IMG/VR virus record: IMGVR_UViG_3300008003_000324
Reading direction: 5' to 3' (one strand)
Source: an uncultured virus (IMG/VR IMGVR_UViG_3300008003_000324)
Lineage: Duplodnaviria; Heunggongvirae; Uroviricota; Caudoviricetes
DNA length: 64,000 nt
Shown here: positions 27,189 through 35,957 of the stretch, piece by piece
Numbering within the stretch: position 1 is the stretch's first letter
Layout of the letters: each line of letters starts with the position of its first letter
Program-made: the position numbers and the translations under genes
Notes under the pieces: model-generated
Database searches by the model: none
The model's input: the letters and a program-made list of their open reading frames with translations, nothing else
Told to the model about the DNA's origin: nothing

Positions 27189-28991
27189 ATCAGTATCACC
27201 ATAAAGTATTGATTTTGAAGGATATTTGTACTCTCCGTCTAAAATAAGAGCTATTTTTTTAGCCATATGCAATAGGATGTTCTTACCGGTCTTGGTTGTG
27301 GATTCTGCGAGTCTAACATCGAAAAATCTGAAATATTTGTTTCCGAATACCCCATAGAGAGAATTAAGCTGAATCTTTTTCAAGTATTGTATATTGTCGT
27401 AATACTCGGCTTCCTTCTTATATCGTTCTTCGTTGGTTTCTTGATGTTTCGCATAAGCGTCAACCTTTTTCTTTTGATATTCGATTCGCTCGTCGAACCA
27501 CTTCGTCAAGATACAGGGTATGACCCCGTCTTTAGCCTGATCAAAAATTGTCCCATGGCCACTTATTGCCCAGTTACGCTTCTCTAGAGCATTTCTCCAT
27601 TCTGAGGCAGTCATGGTCTCATCATTTCCATCTTCGTAGAGCAGGGTAAGATGTATATCTCCCGATTTTTCTTGAATGTATTCAAACGCTTTTTCGTTTT
27701 CGAAGAATTGACCTATTATTGTTTCGGGTGAAATGTTGATGGCCCTCATACTAGATGGATATAGAGATTTAATGTCTACAGATGCAATCCATTCGTGTAG
27801 ACCTATTTGTGGATCTAATACGAAAGCACCTTCAAACTTTGTACCATCATCAAATACATCATAAGGAGCATCCGGCAACACAAGCCTTTTGTCCTGCTCG
27901 TGTTTGCAGAAATTTAGAATAGCTGTGTCGGACGTACTAGTTGTTCCCAAAACCGCTGGAATATTATTGGTTGTCATATGAGAAAAGTTCAAAGCTAGGT
28001 CCATATACTTGAACTTCAAGTCAAGATGTTTCAAAATGTCTGTATCTCGAATGTTGTATCGTAAAAACTCGTCAAAATCTTCGTGATACAATCTATACAG
28101 AGATTTGTCGTAACTCAACTTCTGAAACCCATCTAGAGATTCTTCAGCAACGGATTCCAAAGAATAAGAATCACGTTCGCTCGCATCAAATTTCTTAACC
28201 ATCTCCATGAAGTCTATCCAAATTCTCCCATGAGGTTTAACCACCATTTCCATTGTGCCGAATTTCTCGCGTTCGTCCACACGAACATCCAAATCGGACT
28301 CTGGAAAGTTCATCAACCTCGTATATTTTTTACCCAAGACTTTCATGGTTCTACTATAGATGTATGGGTCATCGAACCAGTCACTGTTCCAACCGCTAAC
28401 GACATCACTGTCTTCTATCTCTTGATAAAAACGCGTCAACAATTCTTTTTCGTTAGATAGTAATTCAATCTTGGAATGATCAAATAAGTCTCTAGGAAGT
28501 TCGTCTAGTTGGACCTTAGACCATTCGCCCGTCTTCGGTCTTAATGCAAGGACGATAGATTCGTCAGTGTGTTTATGGTATAGAGCGATAGAACTTATTC
28601 TAGCATACGGGTTGTCGGGTCTAGAATGACCCCTCTCTGGGTCGTAATCAACCTCAATGTCATAGAAAGTTACATGAAGATCCCCGTCAAGGGGACTATT
28701 GTAATAGTTGTCACTCAAAACTTTGAGTTCGGGAGAAATATCAGATTCGTATATCTTTATTTCCGCTTCTCTCAATCTCTTCCTGCCGCCATAGAAATCA
28801 TAATGGCTCGTAAACTCTATCTTTTCTAGTTTTTTTCCTGTAACGGAATAACATTCTTGGTCAGAATCTTCGTTCTCTACAAAAAATTCATATGGGGCAT
28901 CGTAATATACAGCGACCCTCTTACCGTCTGGGCCTCTTTCCCAAACAATAACGTTTTTTCGGTCTTCTGTTAGTTGCGTAGAAAGATACAT
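26802..28991 (-). CDS. DNA polymerase B, N-terminal piece (exonuclease and palm) + IntN (128 aa)
   Basis: FYDIEV, GWNS.WFD, DIKSLYPS, KIQLNSLYG, YGDTD. Confidence 0.95.
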   Translation of the reverse strand: MYLSTQLTEDRKNVIVWERGPDGKRVAVYYDAPYEFFVENEDSDQECYSVTGKKLEKIEFTSHYDFYGGRKRLREAEIKIYESDISPELKVLSDNYYNSPLDGDLHVTFYDIEVDYDPERGHSRPDNPYARISSIALYHKHTDESIVLALRPKTGEWSKVQLDELPRDLFDHSKIELLSNEKELLTRFYQEIEDSDVVSGWNSDWFDDPYIYSRTMKVLGKKYTRLMNFPESDLDVRVDEREKFGTMEMVVKPHGRIWIDFMEMVKKFDASERDSYSLESVAEESLDGFQKLSYDKSLYRLYHEDFDEFLRYNIRDTDILKHLDLKFKYMDLALNFSHMTTNNIPAVLGTTSTSDTAILNFCKHEQDKRLVLPDAPYDVFDDGTKFEGAFVLDPQIGLHEWIASVDIKSLYPSSMRAINISPETIIGQFFENEKAFEYIQEKSGDIHLTLLYEDGNDETMTASEWRNALEKRNWAISGHGTIFDQAKDGVIPCILTKWFDERIEYQKKKVDAYAKHQETNEERYKKEAEYYDNIQYLKKIQLNSLYGVFGNKYFRFFDVRLAESTTKTGKNILLHMAKKIALILDGEYKYPSKSILYGDTDSVVESSVIEINGEFKNVGEWFKEHSTKYGTYMEGKKEIIKMHGDNNYSPCYNPETKRIIDKEILTIYRHKISKPLFRIELECGKIVTVTEDHSLVVERDGQFIEIAPDDLKNDDVFITINRDTDKRRL

Positions 28992-29052
28992 ATAACTAAT
29001 TTCACCTTTTGTCTCTTCGAGGCATGTAGTTAAACATCTTGGGGCAAAAAGA

Positions 29053-29673
29053 TCAATCCCAATTTGAAGGGTTTAAATCGTAATCGTCTTTATTGAATTG
29101 AAAGTCCCCGGTGCTTCGTATCTGAAAATGTACTTGCGTGAGGCTTCCGAATGATACTTCTCCCACGTGGTAAACAAAATTTGGAGCAGACGGAAAAATA
29201 ACTAATGTACCCCTCTCTGGACGAAAGTTGATATCAAAGTTGGGGAAATTTAGGTTCCCCCCATATACTTCAAAGAAAGGATCAAAATCTCCTTTGTCAT
29301 TATAGTCGTTTAACCACAGTATTCCTGTAAAGTCAATAAGGTTTGATTTTTTCCAACCACCATTTTTTTGGTATTGATATGCGTCTACTATAGCTTCAGC
29401 TTTCTTATATTTGGTTGGATACCATTCAAACATCAATTGGTGTGTTCCCAGATATGTTGTATCGAAGTTTTCTTCTAAACTTGTCACCACTCCGTCAAAC
29501 ATCCTCATGATTCTTGTCGTGTTCAGGTTATTGTGGAAAATGCTCTTCCTAGGAGATCCGTCTTGTCCTATAATAGGATATGTGTTACGAACCCTCAAAT
29601 CTTCTATGATTTGTTCACATGCTAGAGGGTTCAAGAATTCACGTAAAATAAGAAATGGTTTTTTCTTTTCCAT
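29053..29673 (-). CDS. 2OG-Fe(II) oxygenase (prolyl hydroxylase-like) fold, catalytic residues apparently degenerate
   Basis: FTGILWLND...GG.L.FP....P.RGTLVIFPS pattern; HxD appears as IVD. Confidence 0.65.
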   Translation of the reverse strand: MEKKKPFLILREFLNPLACEQIIEDLRVRNTYPIIGQDGSPRKSIFHNNLNTTRIMRMFDGVVTSLEENFDTTYLGTHQLMFEWYPTKYKKAEAIVDAYQYQKNGGWKKSNLIDFTGILWLNDYNDKGDFDPFFEVYGGNLNFPNFDINFRPERGTLVIFPSAPNFVYHVGEVSFGSLTQVHFQIRSTGDFQFNKDDYDLNPSNWD

Positions 29674-29730
29674 TGAGACTATAATGTATTGTTTTTATGA
29701 TGTTATTTATGACACACGAAAAAGTGTGTA

Positions 29731-30594
29731 TCAATGTTCCTTTGCGATGATGATTTGTTCTGTGGGGTATTCGTCACTAGTCGTAACAATCGTAAACTTT
29801 TCGGAAACCCGTTGTCCATCACGCTTAAAATACAGATTTGTTTTCACACTACCATTTTCTTTACATATTCCAGCAAAAAACTTTTTGTCTCGGAAAGTAA
29901 CATTCCCCATGATACAAGAATCATCCGATTTAACTTCATCATATTCTGTAACAACCAATAGATTTTGTTCTCCTAGTGTAGCAGTCTCTATCGTTTCAAA
30001 TAGTTCTATTTCAACAAATCCCTCATCAGAAGAATCTTTCTCTATTCTTGATTCTACTATTGATACGTCTTGGACGCTCTCAGAGACGCTCTGGGGCTCT
30101 GATAGACCCAAAGCCTTGTCTATGGCCGCATAGAAACTTTCAGGCTTTGTATGCACCGCTATGCCTTTTTTATAACATACAATATCAACATTACCTTTAC
30201 GGTGGTAGCCTTCCGGACAAAAAACAATTATATGTTCTGGTGGTTTGATTTCGGACAACTTCCCCAGTTCCATTAGGGTTATGGGGGCTTTGCTGTCTTT
30301 TGTGAAATAAACAACCGCAATATCACAGTTGTCTATATGTGACAGTTCCCAAGACACCTGTTCAAAAAATTTAGAATTGTTTATGTCTTGCTTCCAAGTT
30401 TCATCCCAGTCATTCCGACGGGGGTTGAACACCCCAATAGATGTTGTACTTTCGTCTTTTTTAGACTCTAGATGTTTTACTACTTCTGTTTGCCAATCCA
30501 CCGCTGAACCCATATCGATAGCGCCAGCCAGAAATATGGTAAAGTCGAATTGGTCCAAAACTCTTTTTGGGGGTTTAATCTCCGTTACGTTCAT
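29731..30594 (-). CDS. nucleoside 2-deoxyribosyltransferase-like protein with C-terminal extension
   Basis: IFLAGAI....DWQ...FNPRR..W...QV.WEL....D....YF...SKAPITLMELG. Confidence 0.8.
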   Translation of the reverse strand: MNVTEIKPPKRVLDQFDFTIFLAGAIDMGSAVDWQTEVVKHLESKKDESTTSIGVFNPRRNDWDETWKQDINNSKFFEQVSWELSHIDNCDIAVVYFTKDSKAPITLMELGKLSEIKPPEHIIVFCPEGYHRKGNVDIVCYKKGIAVHTKPESFYAAIDKALGLSEPQSVSESVQDVSIVESRIEKDSSDEGFVEIELFETIETATLGEQNLLVVTEYDEVKSDDSCIMGNVTFRDKKFFAGICKENGSVKTNLYFKRDGQRVSEKFTIVTTSDEYPTEQIIIAKEH

Positions 30595-30981
30595 TTATGC
30601 CTCTCCACGCATTCTTTTGTTTAGCCTTTGAACTGTCTTGGATGGTGCCCTTCTCTTCGCAAGTTGGGTCTTTCTGACTCTTTCTCCCTTTCTCATTCGT
30701 GAAGATTTTTTACCGGCTCGCACCTGCTTTGGGTCTTTTCGCATTCCGCATTTTTGTGGGTTTTTTACGAGTCTACCCTTTCTAGGCCCAGTCATACAAC
30801 GGTATTGGCGGTCAAACTTGTTACCATAGCGTTTAAACTGTCGAGTGACTGTTCTCTTGGAACGCTTAACCGGTATTTCGGGAATCAGTGAACCATCTTC
30901 GAATAGTTCGTTTTCCTCAAACAGTTCAAACTCATCTTCTATCATTTCGAGAACATATTCGAGAACATATTCGATTCTCAT
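30595..30981 (-). CDS. hypothetical protein, acidic N-terminus and very basic C-terminus
   Basis: YRC.TG.RKGRLV.....C motif; coupled to flanking genes. Confidence 0.65.
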   Translation of the reverse strand: MRIEYVLEYVLEMIEDEFELFEENELFEDGSLIPEIPVKRSKRTVTRQFKRYGNKFDRQYRCMTGPRKGRLVKNPQKCGMRKDPKQVRAGKKSSRMRKGERVRKTQLAKRRAPSKTVQRLNKRMRGEA

Positions 30982-32270
30982 CTTTGTTCTCTCCTATTGT
31001 GTATCGTTTGAGGTGCATTGTCATCTCCCTCTTCTTTCTCTCTTCGCTCTTCTTCTTCGCGCTCTTCTTTTTCTTTCTGATTTCGATGTGCCACAAGCCT
31101 TCTGTCAGAGGTGATACTCTGAAGCCTCAAACGTCTTTCCGCCGGGTCTTCGATCTGTTGGGCTTGTCGCCTTTTCACCCTCATGGTCATTTCGTTTTCC
31201 AAATCGTCTAGTTCTAATAGGGTGCCCAAAAACGATCCACCTTCAGAGACACTGCTTAATTTGTGACGGGCCAACTCCGCCATCTTTTTGGCGTCCTTTT
31301 CTCTCTCTTTCTGTGCCTCCATTTCTCGTTCCATTTTGGCAAGTTCGGTCTGTTTTGCCATCTCTTCTTTTGCGGCCATTGCAGTGTATTCAGCTTGCAA
31401 CGCGCGAGATTTTTCGGCTTCTGCTTCTGCCTGTGCTGCTTGTGCTTCTGCTTGTTTAGTCAACATCTGGACAATATTTTTCAGTAGACCGCTGGCACCG
31501 CCCTCGTCTTCTTCCTCATCACCAAACTCAACACCCAAATCTTCTTCCTCTGGAAGTTCACTGTCTTCCGGTGTTTCGTCGTCGCCGTCACCAAGATCAT
31601 CCATCCCGCCAGCATCGCCGTCTGTGTCATCCATGCCGTCCATATTGAATTCTTCATCATCAGAAAAATCGGCGTCGTCTTTCTGGAATTCTTCTTCACC
31701 GAACTCTGCATCTTCTGGATCAGAAACCTTGTCCGCATTGTAAACTTTATTAGTGGGTATTTCGGGAAACTCTACTGTGATGATATCAAACTGTTGTTTG
31801 AGGTTATATAGAACTTCTGCTATGGAAACTTCTCTTCCATAACCACCCCTGCCTGTCATCTTGTAATTTTCAAGCTCACCCAACTCTTGTGCTAAAGCAA
31901 CCTCAAACTTTTCGGCCTGATCTCCTCTAACGGTAATTTTCATCAAGTTTCCGTCGTCGTCTTCTACCCCGTAAGTGGATGTATTGTTGTCTTCCATTCT
32001 ACCCTGATTTCGAATACCACTAAGTTTAGAATATACTTGATCCAAAGATACGTTTTCTTTTAGCTTTTTAGGGAAAGGTCTACTAGAATCGACAAGTTTC
32101 ATGTTTGCTTTGTTCTTGAGACGAGAGTTAAATTTTTCCATAAAGTCTAAAAAACTCCCACCCCTACGTTGGGTTGGGAAATCGTCTTTCGCGCCGTCTG
32201 TTCTTACGGCTATGGAGTGTGCTCCCACAGAACCGCTTGCTGCCGTTTCTTCTACTGTTTTTTTATACAT
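30978..32270 (-). CDS. acidic coiled-coil protein (possible head scaffold or internal protein)
   Basis: D/E-rich linker, long coiled coil, TATAAATA upstream. Confidence 0.6.
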   Translation of the reverse strand: MYKKTVEETAASGSVGAHSIAVRTDGAKDDFPTQRRGGSFLDFMEKFNSRLKNKANMKLVDSSRPFPKKLKENVSLDQVYSKLSGIRNQGRMEDNNTSTYGVEDDDGNLMKITVRGDQAEKFEVALAQELGELENYKMTGRGGYGREVSIAEVLYNLKQQFDIITVEFPEIPTNKVYNADKVSDPEDAEFGEEEFQKDDADFSDDEEFNMDGMDDTDGDAGGMDDLGDGDDETPEDSELPEEEDLGVEFGDEEEDEGGASGLLKNIVQMLTKQAEAQAAQAEAEAEKSRALQAEYTAMAAKEEMAKQTELAKMEREMEAQKEREKDAKKMAELARHKLSSVSEGGSFLGTLLELDDLENEMTMRVKRRQAQQIEDPAERRLRLQSITSDRRLVAHRNQKEKEEREEEERREKEEGDDNAPQTIHNRREQR

Positions 32271-32304
32271 AATCTGGTTAAACCATTGCTATTCATTGAA
32301 TTAT

Positions 32305-32775
32305 TTATAAGAACTGGTCGTCTTCGGTCAAAAGTCTAAACCTTATATTGCGTTGCTTGCACCAATGTTCTGCCGCTTCCCACTTCAAACGATTGACCAT
32401 AAGAGTATATTCTTCGTTTGCCCGCTGTAACGGTTTTCTAGCTCTTGATTTTTGTGTTTGTTTTTTAGGCTTGATTTCAATCAATTCCCTGCGAATCTCG
32501 CCCATTTCATCACTAATCACAACGAACAAATCCGGAAGATATATGGAATCTACCAACATTCCGGTTGTGGGACTAGGCTTGCGGTATGGTATAGCGATTT
32601 CTTCAGACGCCCACTTGATTATGTAAGGGTTATTGTCGCAGAACTTGAATGCTTCTTGTTCCCACGAAGATCGAAAGAAAATTTGATTTGGGTCTCCTAG
32701 ATATTTTTCTGGGTTTTTTGGTTGAAACTGGCCTTCAGCCCACCGCCCACCAGATGTGGGTCTATGCTTAGGCAT
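32305..32775 (-). CDS. head completion nuclease (T4 gp4-like, TnsA-type)
   Basis: PKNPEKY.G....FRSSWE...CDNNP....W.SEE..IPY...YLPD....IEIKP..QT. Confidence 0.88.
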   Translation of the reverse strand: MPKHRPTSGGRWAEGQFQPKNPEKYLGDPNQIFFRSSWEQEAFKFCDNNPYIIKWASEEIAIPYRKPSPTTGMLVDSIYLPDLFVVISDEMGEIRRELIEIKPKKQTQKSRARKPLQRANEEYTLMVNRLKWEAAEHWCKQRNIRFRLLTEDDQFL

Positions 32776-32777
32776 TG

Positions 32778-33059
32778 TTATTCCTCTATCTTACCCATGA
32801 TATCGCCAAACTTAAGCATGAGGAATTCGTTTCTTTCATGTTCTATACGCAACCCCGTACCCCTAGGGAAAAACACTCGGTCTCCCAGCTTAAGCGGAAT
32901 ACTCTCAACAACCCCGTGAGGGTTTCGGAATCCGGGACCCACTGCTTTGACGGTCCCGGTGTTACTATTGCCCGATCCACCGAGCAAAATTATCCCAGAC
33001 TTTCTTTTTTCGGCTTCTTCGATTTCGACAAACACCTCGTCTCTTAGTGGTTTAAGCAT
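32778..33059 (-). CDS. groES: co-chaperonin GroES
   Basis: LKPLRD.V......SGIIL....G.V.AVGPG......LK.GDRV.F. Confidence 0.93.
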   Translation of the reverse strand: MLKPLRDEVFVEIEEAEKRKSGIILLGGSGNSNTGTVKAVGPGFRNPHGVVESIPLKLGDRVFFPRGTGLRIEHERNEFLMLKFGDIMGKIEE

Positions 33060-33115
33060 AATATCTACTCCTTATATTGGCAGACATATTTATGGTATGA
33101 TTTTAGTTTTGAAAC

Positions 33116-33745
33116 TTAAAGGTGTGTAACTTTGTATCCGTCGTAAACAAAAGCAATATTGATTAAGGATACGTCAGATGCAGACATATCAAGTTCGTCT
33201 GCTATAATGTTTGTTATTTTGGGATTAAAAAATTCGTATTGTGTTTTCTTATCTCCACCATTCGACACGTGCCATAGTGTTATAGTTTTTATAATGCCCA
33301 ATTCACTACCGTTTTGTAGTGCTTGAACAGTAGTAAGACCTCTTACACTATCAGCGTTGTTAGCGTCGGCTAGAGGACTGATGGCTTTCATGTAGCTGTC
33401 GACCAATTCATGACTTCTGTTGCTGGAATCATCATACAGAGTAACGTTCAGGACCGAAAAATCGGTTTTAGTAGCAACTTTAGTCCTATACCCATAATAG
33501 TTAACATCTTTGTAATTGATGATAGGGGTGATTCTACCTGCTGTCTTTACTGGTAGATAATTTGATTCTATTGACAATTCACCCAAAGACTCGGCATTGG
33601 GAGGAGAATTTTGACGAAATTGAAATTTGATAAAAAAGTTAAATTTTAGTTTTGGGGCTTCGCTAGAGGCAAATTTATCTGCGACTCTTGGTCCGGGAGC
33701 GCTTCCGTTTGTGTATAAAAGCGGGCCTGTTATTATACCAGTCAT
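33116..33745 (-). CDS. tail tube-like paralog
   Basis: PKLKF.F, VNYY, VTLYDD, NPKIT....DELD; gp19-like pattern. Confidence 0.65.
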   Translation of the reverse strand: MTGIITGPLLYTNGSAPGPRVADKFASSEAPKLKFNFFIKFQFRQNSPPNAESLGELSIESNYLPVKTAGRITPIINYKDVNYYGYRTKVATKTDFSVLNVTLYDDSSNRSHELVDSYMKAISPLADANNADSVRGLTTVQALQNGSELGIIKTITLWHVSNGGDKKTQYEFFNPKITNIIADELDMSASDVSLINIAFVYDGYKVTHL

Positions 33746-34293
33746 TATCTAATCACCAGTCTCTCTTTCGAAATTTTTAATGTTCTAACACTTTTTCTGA
33801 GAAAAGAAAGAACATCTTCATTGTTCTTTCTCAGGAATGTGCCGGAATTGACTTGATCAAACACTTCTACCAATCTAGTCTTAGTATTTTCATGTAGGTC
33901 TTTTTTATAGATGCTCAATTCAGATACAAGGTTTCCAATTCCCAAACTTTCCGAAACGAATCTGATCTTATCATCGGTTGTTTTCGCAAAATCCAAAGCT
34001 TTTACGCTAGCATATTGGGGAATTCGATCAAACAACAACACACTATTTAGATTTTTCCCCTTTTTTGATAAAGATACCAATTCTAGGAAGATAAGCCCCC
34101 TAGAGACCCTACCGCCGCCATAGTCTTTCTGCAAATCTGCGTAACTAAGGTCTATTTGTTGTTCAGGCTCGACGACAAAACTAGGACCGAAATCATTCAC
34201 TAAAAAGGTTTGTGATTGTTGACTCAAGACTTCTCTGGCTTCATCGAAGTTACCTTGACGTATAGCGTATTGCACTCTAGCTAGGATTTTCAT
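33745..34293 (-). CDS. hypothetical protein
   Basis: ATG 34293 follows TATAAATA; the track's longer start runs through the upstream terminator. Confidence 0.6.
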   Translation of the reverse strand: MKILARVQYAIRQGNFDEAREVLSQQSQTFLVNDFGPSFVVEPEQQIDLSYADLQKDYGGGRVSRGLIFLELVSLSKKGKNLNSVLLFDRIPQYASVKALDFAKTTDDKIRFVSESLGIGNLVSELSIYKKDLHENTKTRLVEVFDQVNSGTFLRKNNEDVLSFLRKSVRTLKISKERLVIR

Positions 34294-34323
34294 GTAAAGA
34301 TACCACACCTTTATTTTATTTAT

Positions 34324-34354
34324 AAAAAAAGGCCACATTTTTGTGGCCTTTTTT
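34324..34354 (-). terminator. intrinsic terminator after the tail tube gene
   Basis: AAAAAAAGGCCACA-TTTT-TGTGGCCTTTTTT. Confidence 0.82.
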
Positions 34355-34381
34355 GTATTTTTCAATTGAGCTTTATATACT

Positions 34382-34981
34382 TTAAGCAGCGCCGCCTAGG
34401 GCAGACTTCGCTCTTCCACGGACTACCAAGTATGCATGGTCATAACGAACCGTCAGAGTGGTTTTAATTGTTTCAGACGCCTGATAATCTAGGTCCCCAA
34501 AATCAACATTGTTTAAAGCACACCCTTCAAGAAACCATTCTTCCAAAATTGCAGTTCCACCCGCGTTTGGGTGAGAACCATTCAACAATTGCATTATCAT
34601 GGAAAACTTGTAGTCAGATCCTGCTTCTGCTTGGCCCAGATACAAACCACGATCCGGACCAATAAGTTTTTGCTGTACTTCCATTTGTCTCTGGATGCCC
34701 AAATGACATCTTCCACCCATATCTGGCTCTATTACGACCGTGATAGGCTGGAAGGTATACTTTCCTTGTAGAAATGCACGAGAGTTATATCTATCTAATT
34801 GAATTTCTTCGTATTCTACTTTTGGTCTATCAGCCGTGATGGCCATTGATGTAACCGCTCTTACGCCATCCCCATCCTGACCTCTCAAATTCATTTGAAT
34901 TCTCCAGCGATTTTTATATAGAGGTTGTGAAATACCTTCTCCTAGGTCACCGGGGATTCCCATATCAGCGATTGTTGCCAT
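34382..34981 (-). CDS. tail tube protein (gp19-like)
   Basis: RP...EEI.L..YNS.....GK......I..., LE.W.LEGC.....FGDLDY......LTVRYD; near the sheath gene. Confidence 0.85.
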   Translation of the reverse strand: MATIADMGIPGDLGEGISQPLYKNRWRIQMNLRGQDGDGVRAVTSMAITADRPKVEYEEIQLDRYNSRAFLQGKYTFQPITVVIEPDMGGRCHLGIQRQMEVQQKLIGPDRGLYLGQAEAGSDYKFSMIMQLLNGSHPNAGGTAILEEWFLEGCALNNVDFGDLDYQASETIKTTLTVRYDHAYLVVRGRAKSALGGAA

Positions 34982-35077
34982 ACTCTTTAACTCCTAAGTA
35001 TTTTAGTGTTCATCATTATTTATCGATTCTGATACTTTTTATTCTATAAATATCTTCGATCACATAAGGATAAACAC

Positions 35078-35797
35078 ATGGGCAAAAACCACAACAGGGC
35101 TTCTCTCGCTTTGCATGCATTCGTAGACAATCTGGACAATGCACATTATGACGCAAATAACGGAAAACTGGAATACAATTTGGGGGAAGTTATTCAAAAT
35201 GGATTCTTTTCAAATGTTGATATCGTTATCATTCAAGGAAACTCCGAATCAATAAGAGCGGCCAAGAGGAAAGATTCTGATACATACGCCATAGTTATCC
35301 AAACTCCAACACTACCAGAAATTGGTGCGGTAGATGACTTTATTGAAAATAAAAAAATTGCAATACCAGTCATCAAAGAACTTGCAAAAATTGCTAATAA
35401 TTTAGAGGATCAGGGAGTTGACGGTTCTGACCAACTTACGGATCATGAAAAAAGCAAAAAGTTCAACAGCAAAGATTTTTTCGAAAAAGCATACATGTTG
35501 GGTGTTGAGAAAATGAATCGTTATTTGGAACGGTTACAGGGTCAGATCGAAAGCCTTAACCGAAAAGCCGAAAATGCTGGTCTAGCGTCTAGAAAGGCTA
35601 CTTATAAAATGGCTATAGACAAGTTAAAAGAAGAAACAATCGGCGAAGACGCCAAAAAGTTTTCCACAAAGTTCTATGAATTAATTGAAGAAGAACACCC
35701 GAACTTTAGAAAATATTTAGAATCTGAAAATAGAAAAAGATTAGAATCTAGGGTTAATCAATTTTACAAAAAAATTTCTTCTAGATTTAAAATCTAA
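35078..35797 (+). CDS. hypothetical protein
   Basis: 239 aa, TATAAATA and AAGGA upstream. Confidence 0.75.
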   Translation: MGKNHNRASLALHAFVDNLDNAHYDANNGKLEYNLGEVIQNGFFSNVDIVIIQGNSESIRAAKRKDSDTYAIVIQTPTLPEIGAVDDFIENKKIAIPVIKELAKIANNLEDQGVDGSDQLTDHEKSKKFNSKDFFEKAYMLGVEKMNRYLERLQGQIESLNRKAENAGLASRKATYKMAIDKLKEETIGEDAKKFSTKFYELIEEEHPNFRKYLESENRKRLESRVNQFYKKISSRFKI

Positions 35798-35908
35798 TTG
35801 CAGTATAATGACGACCCGCAAATGACAGAATACGAGAACAGGAGAAAAGAAGGGTGGTATCGAATATGGGATTGTGGAAGTAATAAATGGGTTTGGAATA
35901 AACCATAA
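35798..35908 (+). pseudogene. remnant 3' end of a phage homing-endonuclease-like gene
   Basis: Translates LQYNDDPQMTEYENRRKEGWYRIWDCGSNKWVWNKP*; TE.E....G..RIWDCG..KW.W is recalled as a C-terminal motif of such genes. Confidence 0.6.
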
Positions 35909-35933
35909 AAAAGCCCCGCGAGCGGGGCTTTTT
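35907..35933. terminator. bidirectional intrinsic terminator
   Basis: AAAAAAGCCCCGC-GA-GCGGGGCTTTTT between convergent genes. Confidence 0.88.
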
Positions 35934-35957
35934 CTTTTCTACCGCACGGTTTATCTA

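Noticed and set aside
28992..29052. T4 gene 43-like translational operator hairpin upstream of PolB
   Set aside because: Pairing on the mRNA strand is short and mismatched.
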